This document shows positions 38,962 to 48,561 of a stretch of DNA of 64,000 nucleotides, in pieces (position 1 is the first letter of the stretch; each line of letters begins with the position of its first letter). The DNA lies in assembly GCA_017515795.1 (NCBI GenBank), contig JAFWEE010000004.1:7937-71936 (forward strand), given 5' to 3'. The position numbers and the translations under genes were made by a program. Below the pieces are notes generated by a model that did no database searches, was not told the DNA's origin, and saw only the letters and a program-made list of their open reading frames with translations. This DNA is from Bacilli bacterium (GTDB lineage Bacteria; Bacillota_I; Bacilli_A; RF39; UBA660).

Positions 38962-39837
38962 ATGAGTAATTTAAAAATATTTAATGATTTTGATGAATAT
39001 AAAATATTAGATATGGCTCACGGAGAAAAATTAGAAAGTTGGAATGGAGTAATCCTTAGAAGACCTGATCCACAAGTAATATGGAGTGATGAATCATTTC
39101 CAGAACTATGGGATAAAGCAGATGCTGTATATCATAGAAGTAATACTGGTGGTGGATATTGGGAAAAGAAAAATAATATAAAAGATGAATGGCAAATACA
39201 TTGTAAGGATTTAACATTTAATCTTAAATTAATGGGTTTTAAACATACAGGCCTTTTTCCAGAGCAAGCTTATAACTGGAAGTTTATGATTGATAAAATT
39301 AAAAATTCTGGTAGAAAAATAAAAGTATTAAATTTATTTGCATATACTGGTGGAGCAACAGTTGCTTGTGCTTATGCAGGAGCAGATGTAGTACACGTAG
39401 ATGCTTCAAAAGGTATGATAGATGTAGCTAAAGAAAATATTAAATCATCTGGTTTAGAAGATAAATATGTTAGATTTATAGTAGATGATGTAATTAAGTT
39501 TGTTGAAAGAGAAATAAGAAGAGGAAATAAATACGATGCTATTATAATGGATCCTCCATCATTTGGTAGAGGAGCTAATAAAGAAGTATGGAGATTTGAA
39601 GAAAATCTTTATGACTTAGTTAAATTATGTATGCAAGTATTAAGTGATAATCCATTATTCTTTTTAATTAATTCATATACTACAGGTATAAGTTCTGAAG
39701 TACTTAGAAATATATTACTTCTTAACTTTAAAGATAAAGGAATTGTTACTCATGGTGAAGTAGGTTTATCAATGGAAAATAGTAGACTTAATTTACCTTG
39801 TGGAATATATGGTAGATGGGAAAAAGAAGATGAATAA
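38962..39837 (+). CDS. SAM-dependent rRNA methyltransferase (RlmI/YwbD-like, no PUA domain)
   Basis: ..IMDPPSFGRGANKEVWRFEE.. (Methyltrans_SAM family) and GG-rich SAM pocket. Confidence 0.7.
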   Translation: MSNLKIFNDFDEYKILDMAHGEKLESWNGVILRRPDPQVIWSDESFPELWDKADAVYHRSNTGGGYWEKKNNIKDEWQIHCKDLTFNLKLMGFKHTGLFPEQAYNWKFMIDKIKNSGRKIKVLNLFAYTGGATVACAYAGADVVHVDASKGMIDVAKENIKSSGLEDKYVRFIVDDVIKFVEREIRRGNKYDAIIMDPPSFGRGANKEVWRFEENLYDLVKLCMQVLSDNPLFFLINSYTTGISSEVLRNILLLNFKDKGIVTHGEVGLSMENSRLNLPCGIYGRWEKEDE

Positions 39838-40492
39838 TCTAAAAGTATTATATGAAGATAATCATATTATAGTAGTAGTTAAAGAACCTAATATAATAGT
39901 TCAAGAAGATGATACTAAGGATAAAGACTTACTTACTATGGTTAAAGAATATGTTAAAGAAAAGTATAATAAACCTGGTAATGTATATATAGGACTTGTA
40001 CATAGACTTGATAGACCTGTTGGAGGAGTTATGGTATTTGCTAGAACTTCTAAAGCAGCATCAAGATTATCAGATAGTATTAGAAAAAAAGAAGTTAAGA
40101 AAACATATCTTGCTATTGTACATGGTAAAACAAAAGATTCTGAAAAGTTAGTAGACTATATCTCTAAAGATGAAAAAACAAATACTACTTATTTAGATAA
40201 GAATGGTAAAGAAGCTATTCTTTCATATGAAACATTATATTATGATGAAAGAAATGATAGATCACTTATTAAAGTTAATCTAGAAACTGGAAGACATCAT
40301 CAAATAAGATTTCAACTTAGTAATATAGGTCATCCAATTGTCGGAGATAATAGATATGGAAAAATGGAACATGAAAACATTAAATTATTTTCATATTCAT
40401 TAGAGTTTATACATCCAGTTACTAAAGAAAATATGGTATTTAAAGAAATACCTAACTGGAGTATAATAGAAAATGTAAAGGAGTTATTATGA
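39830..40492 (+). CDS. RluA-family pseudouridine synthase
   Basis: HRLDRPVGGVMVFARTSKA. ATG 39830 overlaps upstream stop (ATGAATAA). The longer annotated ORF starts at 39800. Confidence 0.8.
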   Translation: MNNLKVLYEDNHIIVVVKEPNIIVQEDDTKDKDLLTMVKEYVKEKYNKPGNVYIGLVHRLDRPVGGVMVFARTSKAASRLSDSIRKKEVKKTYLAIVHGKTKDSEKLVDYISKDEKTNTTYLDKNGKEAILSYETLYYDERNDRSLIKVNLETGRHHQIRFQLSNIGHPIVGDNRYGKMEHENIKLFSYSLEFIHPVTKENMVFKEIPNWSIIENVKELL

Positions 40493-40986
40493 AGAACTTA
40501 TATATAGACTTTGATGGAGTTATATTAGATACAATTACTCCAGTATATGATTTAGCTAGAAAACTTAATATAGAACCTAAAACTCAAACTAAAGAAGTAG
40601 GATTATTATATTCTAAAATAGATTGGGAAACTTTAATAGATGAAAGTCCTGCATTAAATGATAGTATTAATGCTATTAAAAAATTAAAGAATTCAAAGAA
40701 GTTTAATATTAGTATATTAACTCATGTAAATTCTTTAAAAGAAGCAAAATCTAAAATAGAATTTATAAATAGTTTATTTAATGATTTAACAATTATACCT
40801 GTTCCAAAATCATGTTCTAAAACAATGATGACTCAAACTAAGAATGCCATTTTAGTAGATGATTATTCTGGTAATTTAAAAGAATGGAAAGAAGCAGAAG
40901 GAATATCAGTTAAATTTAGTAAAGAAAAAGAAGAAACTGAATTTATAGATATTACTTCTTTAGAAGAACTTCTAAATATATTTTAA
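40489..40986 (+). CDS. HAD-superfamily hydrolase-like protein (possible 5'(3')-deoxyribonucleotidase)
   Basis: Motif I IDFDGVILDT. 165 aa. Confidence 0.5.
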   Translation: MKNLYIDFDGVILDTITPVYDLARKLNIEPKTQTKEVGLLYSKIDWETLIDESPALNDSINAIKKLKNSKKFNISILTHVNSLKEAKSKIEFINSLFNDLTIIPVPKSCSKTMMTQTKNAILVDDYSGNLKEWKEAEGISVKFSKEKEETEFIDITSLEELLNIF

Positions 40987-41534
40987 TGAATATTAAATGT
41001 ATTAGTGTAGGAAGACTTCAGGCTAATTGTTATATTCTTGAAAAAGATGGAAAAGTCTTAATAGTAGACCCTGGAGATGAATTTGAAAGAGTAGATTCTG
41101 ATATTAATGGAGATGTAGTGGGTATCTTAATAACTCATAATCATTTCGACCATGTAGGAGCCTTAAAAGAATTTATTAGTAAGTATAAACCAATACTTTA
41201 TTACTATAATATTAATGATGAAGTATCATATGACAAGTTGATTGATTTAAAAGAAGAAACTTATAAGATTGGTAACTTTGAATTTAATGTTATATATTTT
41301 CCAGGACATAGAAATGATTTATGTGCATTTTATTTTAAAGAAAATAATATCATGTTTGATGGAGACTTTGTATTTGAAAATGGTATAGGTAGAGTAGATC
41401 TTCCACATGGTAATATATCAGAGTTAAAAAGTTCATTAGAAAAACTAATGAAATATGATGATAGTATTACATTATATCCTGGACATGGTAATAAAACTAA
41501 TTTAGGAATAGAAAAAGAATGGATTATTGGTTAA
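40986..41534 (+). CDS. MBL-fold metallo-hydrolase
   Basis: ITHNHFDHVGAL (HxHxDH) and downstream His/Asp ligands. Confidence 0.75.
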   Translation: MNIKCISVGRLQANCYILEKDGKVLIVDPGDEFERVDSDINGDVVGILITHNHFDHVGALKEFISKYKPILYYYNINDEVSYDKLIDLKEETYKIGNFEFNVIYFPGHRNDLCAFYFKENNIMFDGDFVFENGIGRVDLPHGNISELKSSLEKLMKYDDSITLYPGHGNKTNLGIEKEWIIG

Positions 41535-42466
41535 TCCATTCTTTTATATTTGTCTCCTTGATATATGTTTCTTTTTACCATTTCTTTATCTATTTCATTA
41601 AGAACGCCAAATTTCTTAACTAACCATTCAGGTTCTATTAGGTCTTCTATATCTGGGTCTCCAGTAATTCTATTTATTACTATATCTTCTCTTAGGTATT
41701 CTAACTGTTCACATACTATATCTACATATTCTTCTTTAGTTAGTATATGGAAATGTTCTTTCTCATATAATTTATATAATTTAGTACCTTTTAAAACATG
41801 AAGCATATGTATTTTAATACCAAGTATCTTTTTATTAGATAAATATTTAACAGTATTAATCATATCTTCTTTTGTTTCATATGGAAGTCCATTTATTATA
41901 TGAACTACAACATCTATATTTCTTTTATTCAACTTTTCTAAACAATCATCAAACTCTTTTAGAGTAGAACCTCTATTAATAAGCTCTACAGTTTTATCAT
42001 TTATAGTTTGTAATCCTAATTCTATAACTAGATTAGTTCTATGAGAGAGTTCTTCTAAATAATCTAATATTTCATCTGATATACTATCAGGTCTTGTAGC
42101 TATATTTAAACCTATAACATTAGGTAATTCTAATATAGATTCATATTTCTCTTTTAATTCACTTATAGGAGCATATGTATTGGTATTTGCTTGAAAATAA
42201 CCTATATATTTTGCATCAGGCCATTTTTTTGCCATAATATCTCTTACTTCGTAAAACTGTTTTACTAAATCTTTTTCAGTATTCTTATTAGATCCTCCAA
42301 GACAAAATATACATCCACCAGTACCTTTGGTTCCATCTATATTTGGACAAGTAAAACCAGCATTTAAGCTAATCTTCATTACTTTACATCCATATTTCAT
42401 TTGATTATAGTAGTTTAAAGTATAATATCTTTTGTTATCTAATGTATATTTAAACATAAATATCAC
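41531..42466 (-). CDS. radical SAM protein, TIGR01212/YhcC-like family
   Basis: ..CPNIDGTKGTGGCIFC.. radical SAM Cys cluster. ~310 aa. Convergent with upstream genes. Confidence 0.75.
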   Translation of the reverse strand: MIFMFKYTLDNKRYYTLNYYNQMKYGCKVMKISLNAGFTCPNIDGTKGTGGCIFCLGGSNKNTEKDLVKQFYEVRDIMAKKWPDAKYIGYFQANTNTYAPISELKEKYESILELPNVIGLNIATRPDSISDEILDYLEELSHRTNLVIELGLQTINDKTVELINRGSTLKEFDDCLEKLNKRNIDVVVHIINGLPYETKEDMINTVKYLSNKKILGIKIHMLHVLKGTKLYKLYEKEHFHILTKEEYVDIVCEQLEYLREDIVINRITGDPDIEDLIEPEWLVKKFGVLNEIDKEMVKRNIYQGDKYKRMD

Positions 42467-42549
42467 CTAAGAAATATTATATCATATTGCTTTTTTAGTT
42501 AAAATATTTTATAATTGACTTAATTGATGTTGAAGGAAAGTAGTAGTAA

Positions 42550-42720
42550 ATAATCTATTCATAGAGAGTTAGTGTTTGGTGTAAACTAATAATAGAAAGT
42601 TTATGAACTTGTTCTGGAGTTAAATCGTTATTCGCGTTAAGAATTAAAGAGCATAGAAAATCTATGAAGTAAGGTGGTACCGCTAGTAATAGTCCTTACA
42701 TCATAGGTTTTATTTTTTTG
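42550..42720 (+). promoter_or_regulatory. T-box riboswitch leader (specifier CUU, Leu)
   Basis: AGAGA box, ..UAUGAACUUG.. specifier context, T-box AAGGTGGTACCGC, terminator CTATGAAGTAAGG/CCTTACATCATAG + T-run. Confidence 0.7.
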
Positions 42721-42730
42721 GAGGATAAAA

Positions 42731-43117
42731 ATGGATTATAAAAAAATATTAGAATTATTAATTGTATTTGCTGCATTTTTCATAATAGTATATTTTGGAT
42801 ATTATGGGTTAATTAGAAGACCATTTATTAGAGCAACTAAAAAACAAAAAGAAAAGAAAATGCCAGCAGATCTTAGTATTATGAAACATTATTATAAAAT
42901 AGATGTTGAAAAAATAGGATACAATAAATGTTTAAGTCTACTGAATTTTGTTAATGCATTATTAATTGCTATTATGATGATGATAGTTATAGGATTTAAA
43001 TATTATGTATTACAAATGATTATAGCTGCTGCTTTAGTTATACCAACAGTATGGTTTTCATATGCTTTAGTAGCTAGAATACTTAGAAAAAAAGAAAGGA
43101 AGATAAACAATGTATAG
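42731..43117 (+). CDS. small 3-TM membrane protein between T-box and leuS
   Basis: Strong RBS GGAGG 6 nt upstream. Stop overlaps leuS start. Transcribed from the T-box leader. Confidence 0.5.
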   Translation: MDYKKILELLIVFAAFFIIVYFGYYGLIRRPFIRATKKQKEKKMPADLSIMKHYYKIDVEKIGYNKCLSLLNFVNALLIAIMMMIVIGFKYYVLQMIIAAALVIPTVWFSYALVARILRKKERKINNV

Positions 43118-45524
43118 TCATAAAGAAGTAGAAAAGAAATGGCAAGAATATTGGCTAAAAAATAAAACATTTAAAACAGATATTAGAGATTTTTCTAAAC
43201 CAAAGTTTTATGTTCTTGATATGTTTCCATATCCATCAGGAGTAGGTCTTCATGCAGGGCATGTAGAAGGTTATACTGCTAGTGATATAGTATCAAGATA
43301 TAAAAGAATGCAAGGTTTTAATGTATTACACCCAATGGGATATGATTCATTTGGTTTACCAGCAGAACAATATGCTGTACAAACAGGTAATCATCCAAGT
43401 GGATTTACTGAAAAAAATATTGAAACATTTTCTAAACAATTAATAGAATTAGGTTTTGATTATGATTGGGATAGATGTATTTCTACATCAGATCCAAAGT
43501 ATTATAAATGGACACAATGGATATTTAAACAATTATATAATGATGGGTATGCTAAATATATAGATATGCCTGTTAACTGGTGTGAAGAATTGGGGACTGT
43601 TTTATCTAATGATGAAGTAATTGATGGTAAATCTGAAAGAGGAGGATATCCTGTTATCAGAAAGAATATGAAACAATTATGTATTGATCAACCTAAATTT
43701 GCAGAAAGATTACTAGAAGGTTTAGATGAAATAGATTGGCCTTTATCAACTAAAGAAATTCAAAGAAACTGGATAGGTAAATCTACTGGTGTTGAAATGG
43801 ATGTAGAAATAAAGGATGGAGGTAAATTTTCTATATTTACTACATGCATTGAAACTGTATATGGAATTACTTTCTTTGTTATTGCACCAGATGGTAAATT
43901 AATTGAAGAATTAATGCCTAGAGTAGAGAATAAAGAAGAAGTAAAAGCATATATAGATGAGACTGCTAAGAAGTCTGCTATGGATAGAACTGAACTTAAT
44001 AAAGGTAAATCTGGAGTAGAAGTTAAAGGTGTTAAAGCTATAAATCCAATTAACGGAGAAGAAGTACCTATTTTCTTAGGAGACTTTGTACTTGGTGATT
44101 ATGGTACAGGAGCTGTTATGGCAGTACCTGCACATGATCAAAGAGATTTTGAATATGCTAAAGAACATAACCTAGATATAATTGAAGTTATTGAAGGAGG
44201 AAATATAGAAGAAAAAGCCTTTGAAAAATATGATTATTTAGGAAAGAATTGTAAACTTATTAATAGTGAAGAATTTACTGGTTTAATAGTAGAAGAAGCT
44301 AAAGAAAAAATAACTGATAAATTAGTTAGTCAAGGTATTGCAAGAAGAACAGTTAATTATAAGTTTAGAGAATGGATATTTGCTAGACAAAGATATTGGG
44401 GAGAACCAGTTCCTATAGTTCATATGGATAATGGTGAAGATTATATTCTTCCAGATGAAGAATTACCATTAGAATTACCAGTACTTGATGATTATCAAGG
44501 TCATAATGGAAAAGCTCCACTTGAAAATGCAGAAGAGTGGAAGAACTATGATAAGAATGGTATTAAAGGTATTAGAGAAACATCTACTATGCCTGGATCT
44601 GCTGGATCATCATGGTATTTCTTAAGATATATTGATCCACATAATGATGATGTATTTGCAGATTATGAATTATTAAAACATTGGATGCCAGTTGATTTGT
44701 ATTTAGGTGGACCAGAACATGCAGTAGGACACTTAATATATTCTAGAATTTGGAATAATTTCTTATATGATAAAGGACTAGTTCCTGTAAAAGAACCATT
44801 TAAGAAATTAGTACATCAAGGAATGATTTTAGGATCAAATGGTATTAAGATGGGTAAAAGATTCCCTGAATATTGTGTTAACCCATCAGATGTAGTAAGA
44901 GAATATGGTGCTGATACAATTCGTTTATATGAAATGTTTATGGGACCTCTTGAAGCATCTAAACCTTGGAGTGATCAAGGAGCAGAAGGAGCTAGAAAGT
45001 TCTTGGATAGAGTATATAGAGCAATTGTAGAACTTGGATATGTAACTGATGAAGAAGTTTCTAACTTAGATACTCCATATAATAAGATGGTTAAAAATAT
45101 AACTGAAGACTATGATAATTTATCATTTAATACTGCTATATCTGAAATGATGATATTTATGAATGCAGTATATAAAGAAGAAAAATTACCAAAAAAGTAT
45201 GCTGAGGGTTTTGTTAAAGTATTAAATCCAGTAGCTCCACATATAACTGAAGAAATGTGGGAAAAACTTGGACATGATAATACTATTGCTTATGAAAAAT
45301 GGCCTACATATGATGAATCTAAATTAGTAGAGGACACATTTGAAATGGTAGTTCAAGTAAATGGTAAAGTAAGAGGTAAACTAGAAGTTACTGAAGAGAT
45401 GTCTGAAGAAGAAATTAAATCTAAAGCAAAAGAAATAGAAAATGTTAAAAGATTTATAGAAGGACAAACTATAGTAAAAGAAATAGTTATACCTAAGAAA
45501 TTAGTCAGTATAGTAGTAAAATAA
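43110..45524 (+). CDS. leuS: leucyl-tRNA synthetase
   Basis: HIGH region (HAGHVEGY), CP1 editing domain, KMSKS-equivalent KMGKR. 804 aa. Confidence 0.95.
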   Translation: MYSHKEVEKKWQEYWLKNKTFKTDIRDFSKPKFYVLDMFPYPSGVGLHAGHVEGYTASDIVSRYKRMQGFNVLHPMGYDSFGLPAEQYAVQTGNHPSGFTEKNIETFSKQLIELGFDYDWDRCISTSDPKYYKWTQWIFKQLYNDGYAKYIDMPVNWCEELGTVLSNDEVIDGKSERGGYPVIRKNMKQLCIDQPKFAERLLEGLDEIDWPLSTKEIQRNWIGKSTGVEMDVEIKDGGKFSIFTTCIETVYGITFFVIAPDGKLIEELMPRVENKEEVKAYIDETAKKSAMDRTELNKGKSGVEVKGVKAINPINGEEVPIFLGDFVLGDYGTGAVMAVPAHDQRDFEYAKEHNLDIIEVIEGGNIEEKAFEKYDYLGKNCKLINSEEFTGLIVEEAKEKITDKLVSQGIARRTVNYKFREWIFARQRYWGEPVPIVHMDNGEDYILPDEELPLELPVLDDYQGHNGKAPLENAEEWKNYDKNGIKGIRETSTMPGSAGSSWYFLRYIDPHNDDVFADYELLKHWMPVDLYLGGPEHAVGHLIYSRIWNNFLYDKGLVPVKEPFKKLVHQGMILGSNGIKMGKRFPEYCVNPSDVVREYGADTIRLYEMFMGPLEASKPWSDQGAEGARKFLDRVYRAIVELGYVTDEEVSNLDTPYNKMVKNITEDYDNLSFNTAISEMMIFMNAVYKEEKLPKKYAEGFVKVLNPVAPHITEEMWEKLGHDNTIAYEKWPTYDESKLVEDTFEMVVQVNGKVRGKLEVTEEMSEEEIKSKAKEIENVKRFIEGQTIVKEIVIPKKLVSIVVK

Positions 45525-45526
45525 AA

Positions 45527-45552
45527 ACAAGTAGTTTCTACTTGTTTTTTAT
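45527..45552 (+). terminator. bidirectional rho-independent terminator (AAACAAGTAG-TTTC-TACTTGTTT)
   Basis: Flanked by A-run and T-run. Serves leuS (+) and the convergent minus-strand gene. Confidence 0.6.
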
Positions 45553-46715
45553 TTGCTTTTTATATTTATAGTTTCTAATGGTTCATCAGTAGTTTCTAGT
45601 TCTTTAGGAGTTATATCTTGTGATTCATTTTGAATACTATTTGGATCAATACCATATTGTTTACATAAGAAATCTCTATAAGTTGAATAAGCATATTCAT
45701 GTATTTCTTTCTTCTCTTGATCCCATAAACCATTATTAATAAAGGCATTATATTTAGCATCTTTATATTTATCAATTATTCCTATTATGTTTGCAATTGC
45801 TTTAATATTATATGGTTCTTTTTTTCTTTCTGCTGATAATAAGATATCAAAACCTTTTAATAAATGAACAAATGAACCTGTTTTCTCACATAGTTGATCA
45901 AATCTTTCACCATATTCTCTTGCATTTTGTTTACCAGCATATAACAAATCATTTTTTACACAGTATTGTCCATTTAGTAAAACTGGTTTTTCTATAAATT
46001 TATTTTTTGAATTTTTTAATGATTCATATGAAGTAGTTAAATCATTATCAGATGCTATTAATAATAATTTAGATATTATTCCCATTCTTCTATATGGTAA
46101 ACCAGATCCTATAAATCCAACTTTATATTCAGGTATTTTAAAGCTATATATTAATTCATCTAAACTAGATATATTAGTAAATATATCTGGTAATACACTA
46201 TATACTTGTATTTGAGCATATAACTCATTTATAATTTCATTTAATCCAGTACCATATATTTTAGTAGTATTTATATCTTCAAAAACAAATCTTCTTAAAC
46301 CACTAAATAATACTACAAACTTTTTAGTTTTTTCATATTGCATAGTATCAGCATGATTTATTTCATGAACTAAAACTAATAATTCTTCAAATTTCTTTAA
46401 TGCTAATGCTTTATTAATAGCAACCTTACATTTATGAGATTTCTTTAATGGAAATAGATTAAGTTTTCTAAATATTATATTTCTATTTTCACTAGGTATA
46501 CATATACCTGCAACAGTTTTTAATTTTTCTCTTTCTTTTTCATCTAATTCTTCAGGATTACTTCTAATGAATTGTTCTATAGCAGATATTAATTTAATCC
46601 TATACCTTTTTTTATCATCATTATCATTTGTCATAAAATTAGTTACTAATTTTAATGAGTCATTGAATAATTTTTTGTCTTCTTTAGGTATTTTTCTATA
46701 AGAATCTCCTGTCAT
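45549..46715 (-). CDS. hypothetical protein with HEXXH motif (HEINH)
   Basis: Only minus-strand gene in ~20 kb. No confident homology. VLVHEINHADTMQY may be a metallopeptidase-like zinc site. Confidence 0.5.
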   Translation of the reverse strand: MTGDSYRKIPKEDKKLFNDSLKLVTNFMTNDNDDKKRYRIKLISAIEQFIRSNPEELDEKEREKLKTVAGICIPSENRNIIFRKLNLFPLKKSHKCKVAINKALALKKFEELLVLVHEINHADTMQYEKTKKFVVLFSGLRRFVFEDINTTKIYGTGLNEIINELYAQIQVYSVLPDIFTNISSLDELIYSFKIPEYKVGFIGSGLPYRRMGIISKLLLIASDNDLTTSYESLKNSKNKFIEKPVLLNGQYCVKNDLLYAGKQNAREYGERFDQLCEKTGSFVHLLKGFDILLSAERKKEPYNIKAIANIIGIIDKYKDAKYNAFINNGLWDQEKKEIHEYAYSTYRDFLCKQYGIDPNSIQNESQDITPKELETTDEPLETINIKSK

Positions 46716-46804
46716 ATTTTCACCTCTAAATATATGTATTAACTAATATAATTATAACATTATTATTTTGTTTTATTAATAAAACTATTTTTTTTATTTA
46801 TTTG

Positions 46805-46847
46805 GTTGACAAACTATTTTCTTAATGATATTATTTTAATTGTCAAC
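46805..46847 (+). promoter_or_regulatory. tRNA-Asn promoter (TTGACA-17 nt-TATTAT) bracketed by perfect 8-bp inverted repeat GTTGACAA/TTGTCAAC
   Basis: Consensus -35, 17-nt spacer, -10-like hexamer, ~13 nt before the tRNA. The inverted repeat arms are 27 nt apart. Confidence 0.5.
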
Positions 46848-46852
46848 GAGAT

Positions 46853-46928
46853 GCTCGATTAGCTCAGTCGGTAGAGCGCTTGACTGTTAATCAAGATGTC
46901 ACAGGTCCGAGTCCTGTATCGAGCGCCA
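46853..46928 (+). tRNA. tRNA-Asn (anticodon GUU)
   Basis: Cloverleaf GCTCGAT..ATCGAGC acceptor, anticodon loop CTGTTAA, T-arm ACAGG-TCCGAGT-CCTGT, encoded CCA. Confidence 0.9.
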
Positions 46929-46938
46929 TTTAAAAATT

Positions 46939-46964
46939 AGAACCTTAGGGTTCTTTTTTTTTTG
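46939..46964 (+). terminator. terminator after tRNA-Asn (AGAACC-TTAG-GGTTCT + T11)
   Basis: Stem-loop followed by long T-run. Confidence 0.6.
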
Positions 46965-47059
46965 TAAATAATTGTTATATTAATTGACTTTAAATGTTAA
47001 AATATGTTAATATTATTGCATAAAAGAGGCAAGGAAGAGGAGAAGTAATAACTACTAAA

Positions 47060-47250
47060 TATATAGAGAGTCCCAGTTGGTGAAAAGGGATTATGATAGG
47101 GTTATGAACGAACACCTTGGAGCTTATTAATTGAAGTAGTAGTAGGTTAATACGTTAACTGCGTTAAAGTAAGAGGTCATATTTATATATGACGAATTAA
47201 GGTGGTACCACGACTAGATCGTCCTTTTGGATGACTAGTCTTTTTTGCTT
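47060..47250 (+). promoter_or_regulatory. T-box riboswitch leader, probable AAC (Asn) specifier
   Basis: AGAGAG box + GNUGG, ..UAUGAACGAACACC.. specifier region, T-box AATTAAGGTGGTACCACG, terminator GACTAGATCGTCC/GGATGACTAGTC + T-run. Confidence 0.65.
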
Positions 47251-47265
47251 TTTAAGGAGGATAAA

Positions 47266-48552
47266 ATGAAAAGAATATTAATTAATGAATTAGTAGAAAA
47301 TGAAGAAAGTAAGATATCTGGTTTCGCATCTAAAATAAGAGATACTAAATATATGATATTTGTAATCTTAAAAGATAGAACTGGATCTATTCAAGTTTCA
47401 CTTGATAAAGGTACTCAAGAAGAACTTTGTAAAGAATTAGATGGAGTTATTGCAGGATCTGTTATTGAATTTGAAGGTAAGATGGTTTTATCAGAATATG
47501 TTAAACAAGGTGGTAAAGAATTTATTCCATCAAAAGTAAATGTACTTTCTAAAGCTGAAGCATCTCCATTAGAAGAAAATGCTAATATTGATACTAGAAT
47601 GGATTATAGATGGATAGATTTAAGATCAGAAAAGAATCAATTAATGCTTAATGTTCAAAGTACTTTTGTTGAAGGTATGAGAGAGCATTGTTATAAAGAA
47701 GGATTTACTGAAATACATACTCCAAAATTAATAGGAGCAGCTTCAGAATCAGGCTCTGATGTATTTGAAGTTAAATACTTTGATAGAAAAGCGTACTTAG
47801 CTCAAAGTCCTCAATTCTATAAACAAATGGCATTAGCATCAGGATTAGAAAGAGTATTTGAAGTAGCACCATGTTTTAGAGCAGAAAATTCAAATACAAA
47901 TAGACATGCTACTGAATTTACTTCGTTTGATATTGAATTTGCATATATAGATTCTTTTGAAGATGTTATGGATTTTGAAGAAGATTTAATTATTGCTGGA
48001 CTTTCTAAAGTAAAAGAAAGATATGGGGATAAAATAAAAGAACTATTTGATAAGGAAGTAATTGTTCCAACTAAACCATTTCCAAGAATTAAATTAGAAG
48101 ACTTATATAAAGAATTAGAAAAGAGATATAACTATCAAATTCCTGAATTTGATGTTGGAGATATGAATGCTGAAGCAGAAGGTCTTGCTTATAAATATGC
48201 TATGGAAGAATTTGGACATGAGTTTATATTTATAACAGACTTTAAGAAAACAAAGAGAGCTTTCTATCATATGAGAAAGAATGATATTCCTCAAGGATTT
48301 GACTTAATCTGGAGAGGTGCTGAAATTACATCTGGAGCGCAAAGAGAACATAGATATGAAGAACTTAAAAAACAATGTGATGAAAAAGGATTAACTAAAG
48401 ACGTAGAATTCTATTTACAATTCTTTAAATATGGATGTCCTCCTCATGGTGGATTTGCTATAGGTGTAGATAGATTTAATATGTTATTACTTGGACTTTC
48501 TATTAAAGAAGAAATGTTTATCTTTAGAGGTCCAAATAGATTAGAACCATAG
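47266..48552 (+). CDS. aspS: aspartyl-tRNA synthetase, archaeal type (probably non-discriminating)
   Basis: RBS AAGGAGG before ATG 47266. 428 aa. Collinear similarity to archaeal-type AspRS (..IDTRMDYRWIDLR.., ..CFRAENSNTNRHATEF.., ..GCPPHGGFAIGVDR..). Confidence 0.8.
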   Translation: MKRILINELVENEESKISGFASKIRDTKYMIFVILKDRTGSIQVSLDKGTQEELCKELDGVIAGSVIEFEGKMVLSEYVKQGGKEFIPSKVNVLSKAEASPLEENANIDTRMDYRWIDLRSEKNQLMLNVQSTFVEGMREHCYKEGFTEIHTPKLIGAASESGSDVFEVKYFDRKAYLAQSPQFYKQMALASGLERVFEVAPCFRAENSNTNRHATEFTSFDIEFAYIDSFEDVMDFEEDLIIAGLSKVKERYGDKIKELFDKEVIVPTKPFPRIKLEDLYKELEKRYNYQIPEFDVGDMNAEAEGLAYKYAMEEFGHEFIFITDFKKTKRAFYHMRKNDIPQGFDLIWRGAEITSGAQREHRYEELKKQCDEKGLTKDVEFYLQFFKYGCPPHGGFAIGVDRFNMLLLGLSIKEEMFIFRGPNRLEP

Positions 48553-48561
48553 GAGGTAATT

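Noticed and set aside
41565-41801. Plus-strand ORFs 41565-41801 and 45812-45997
   Set aside because: Antisense to the radical-SAM gene and the HEXXH gene respectively. No RBS. Low-complexity products.
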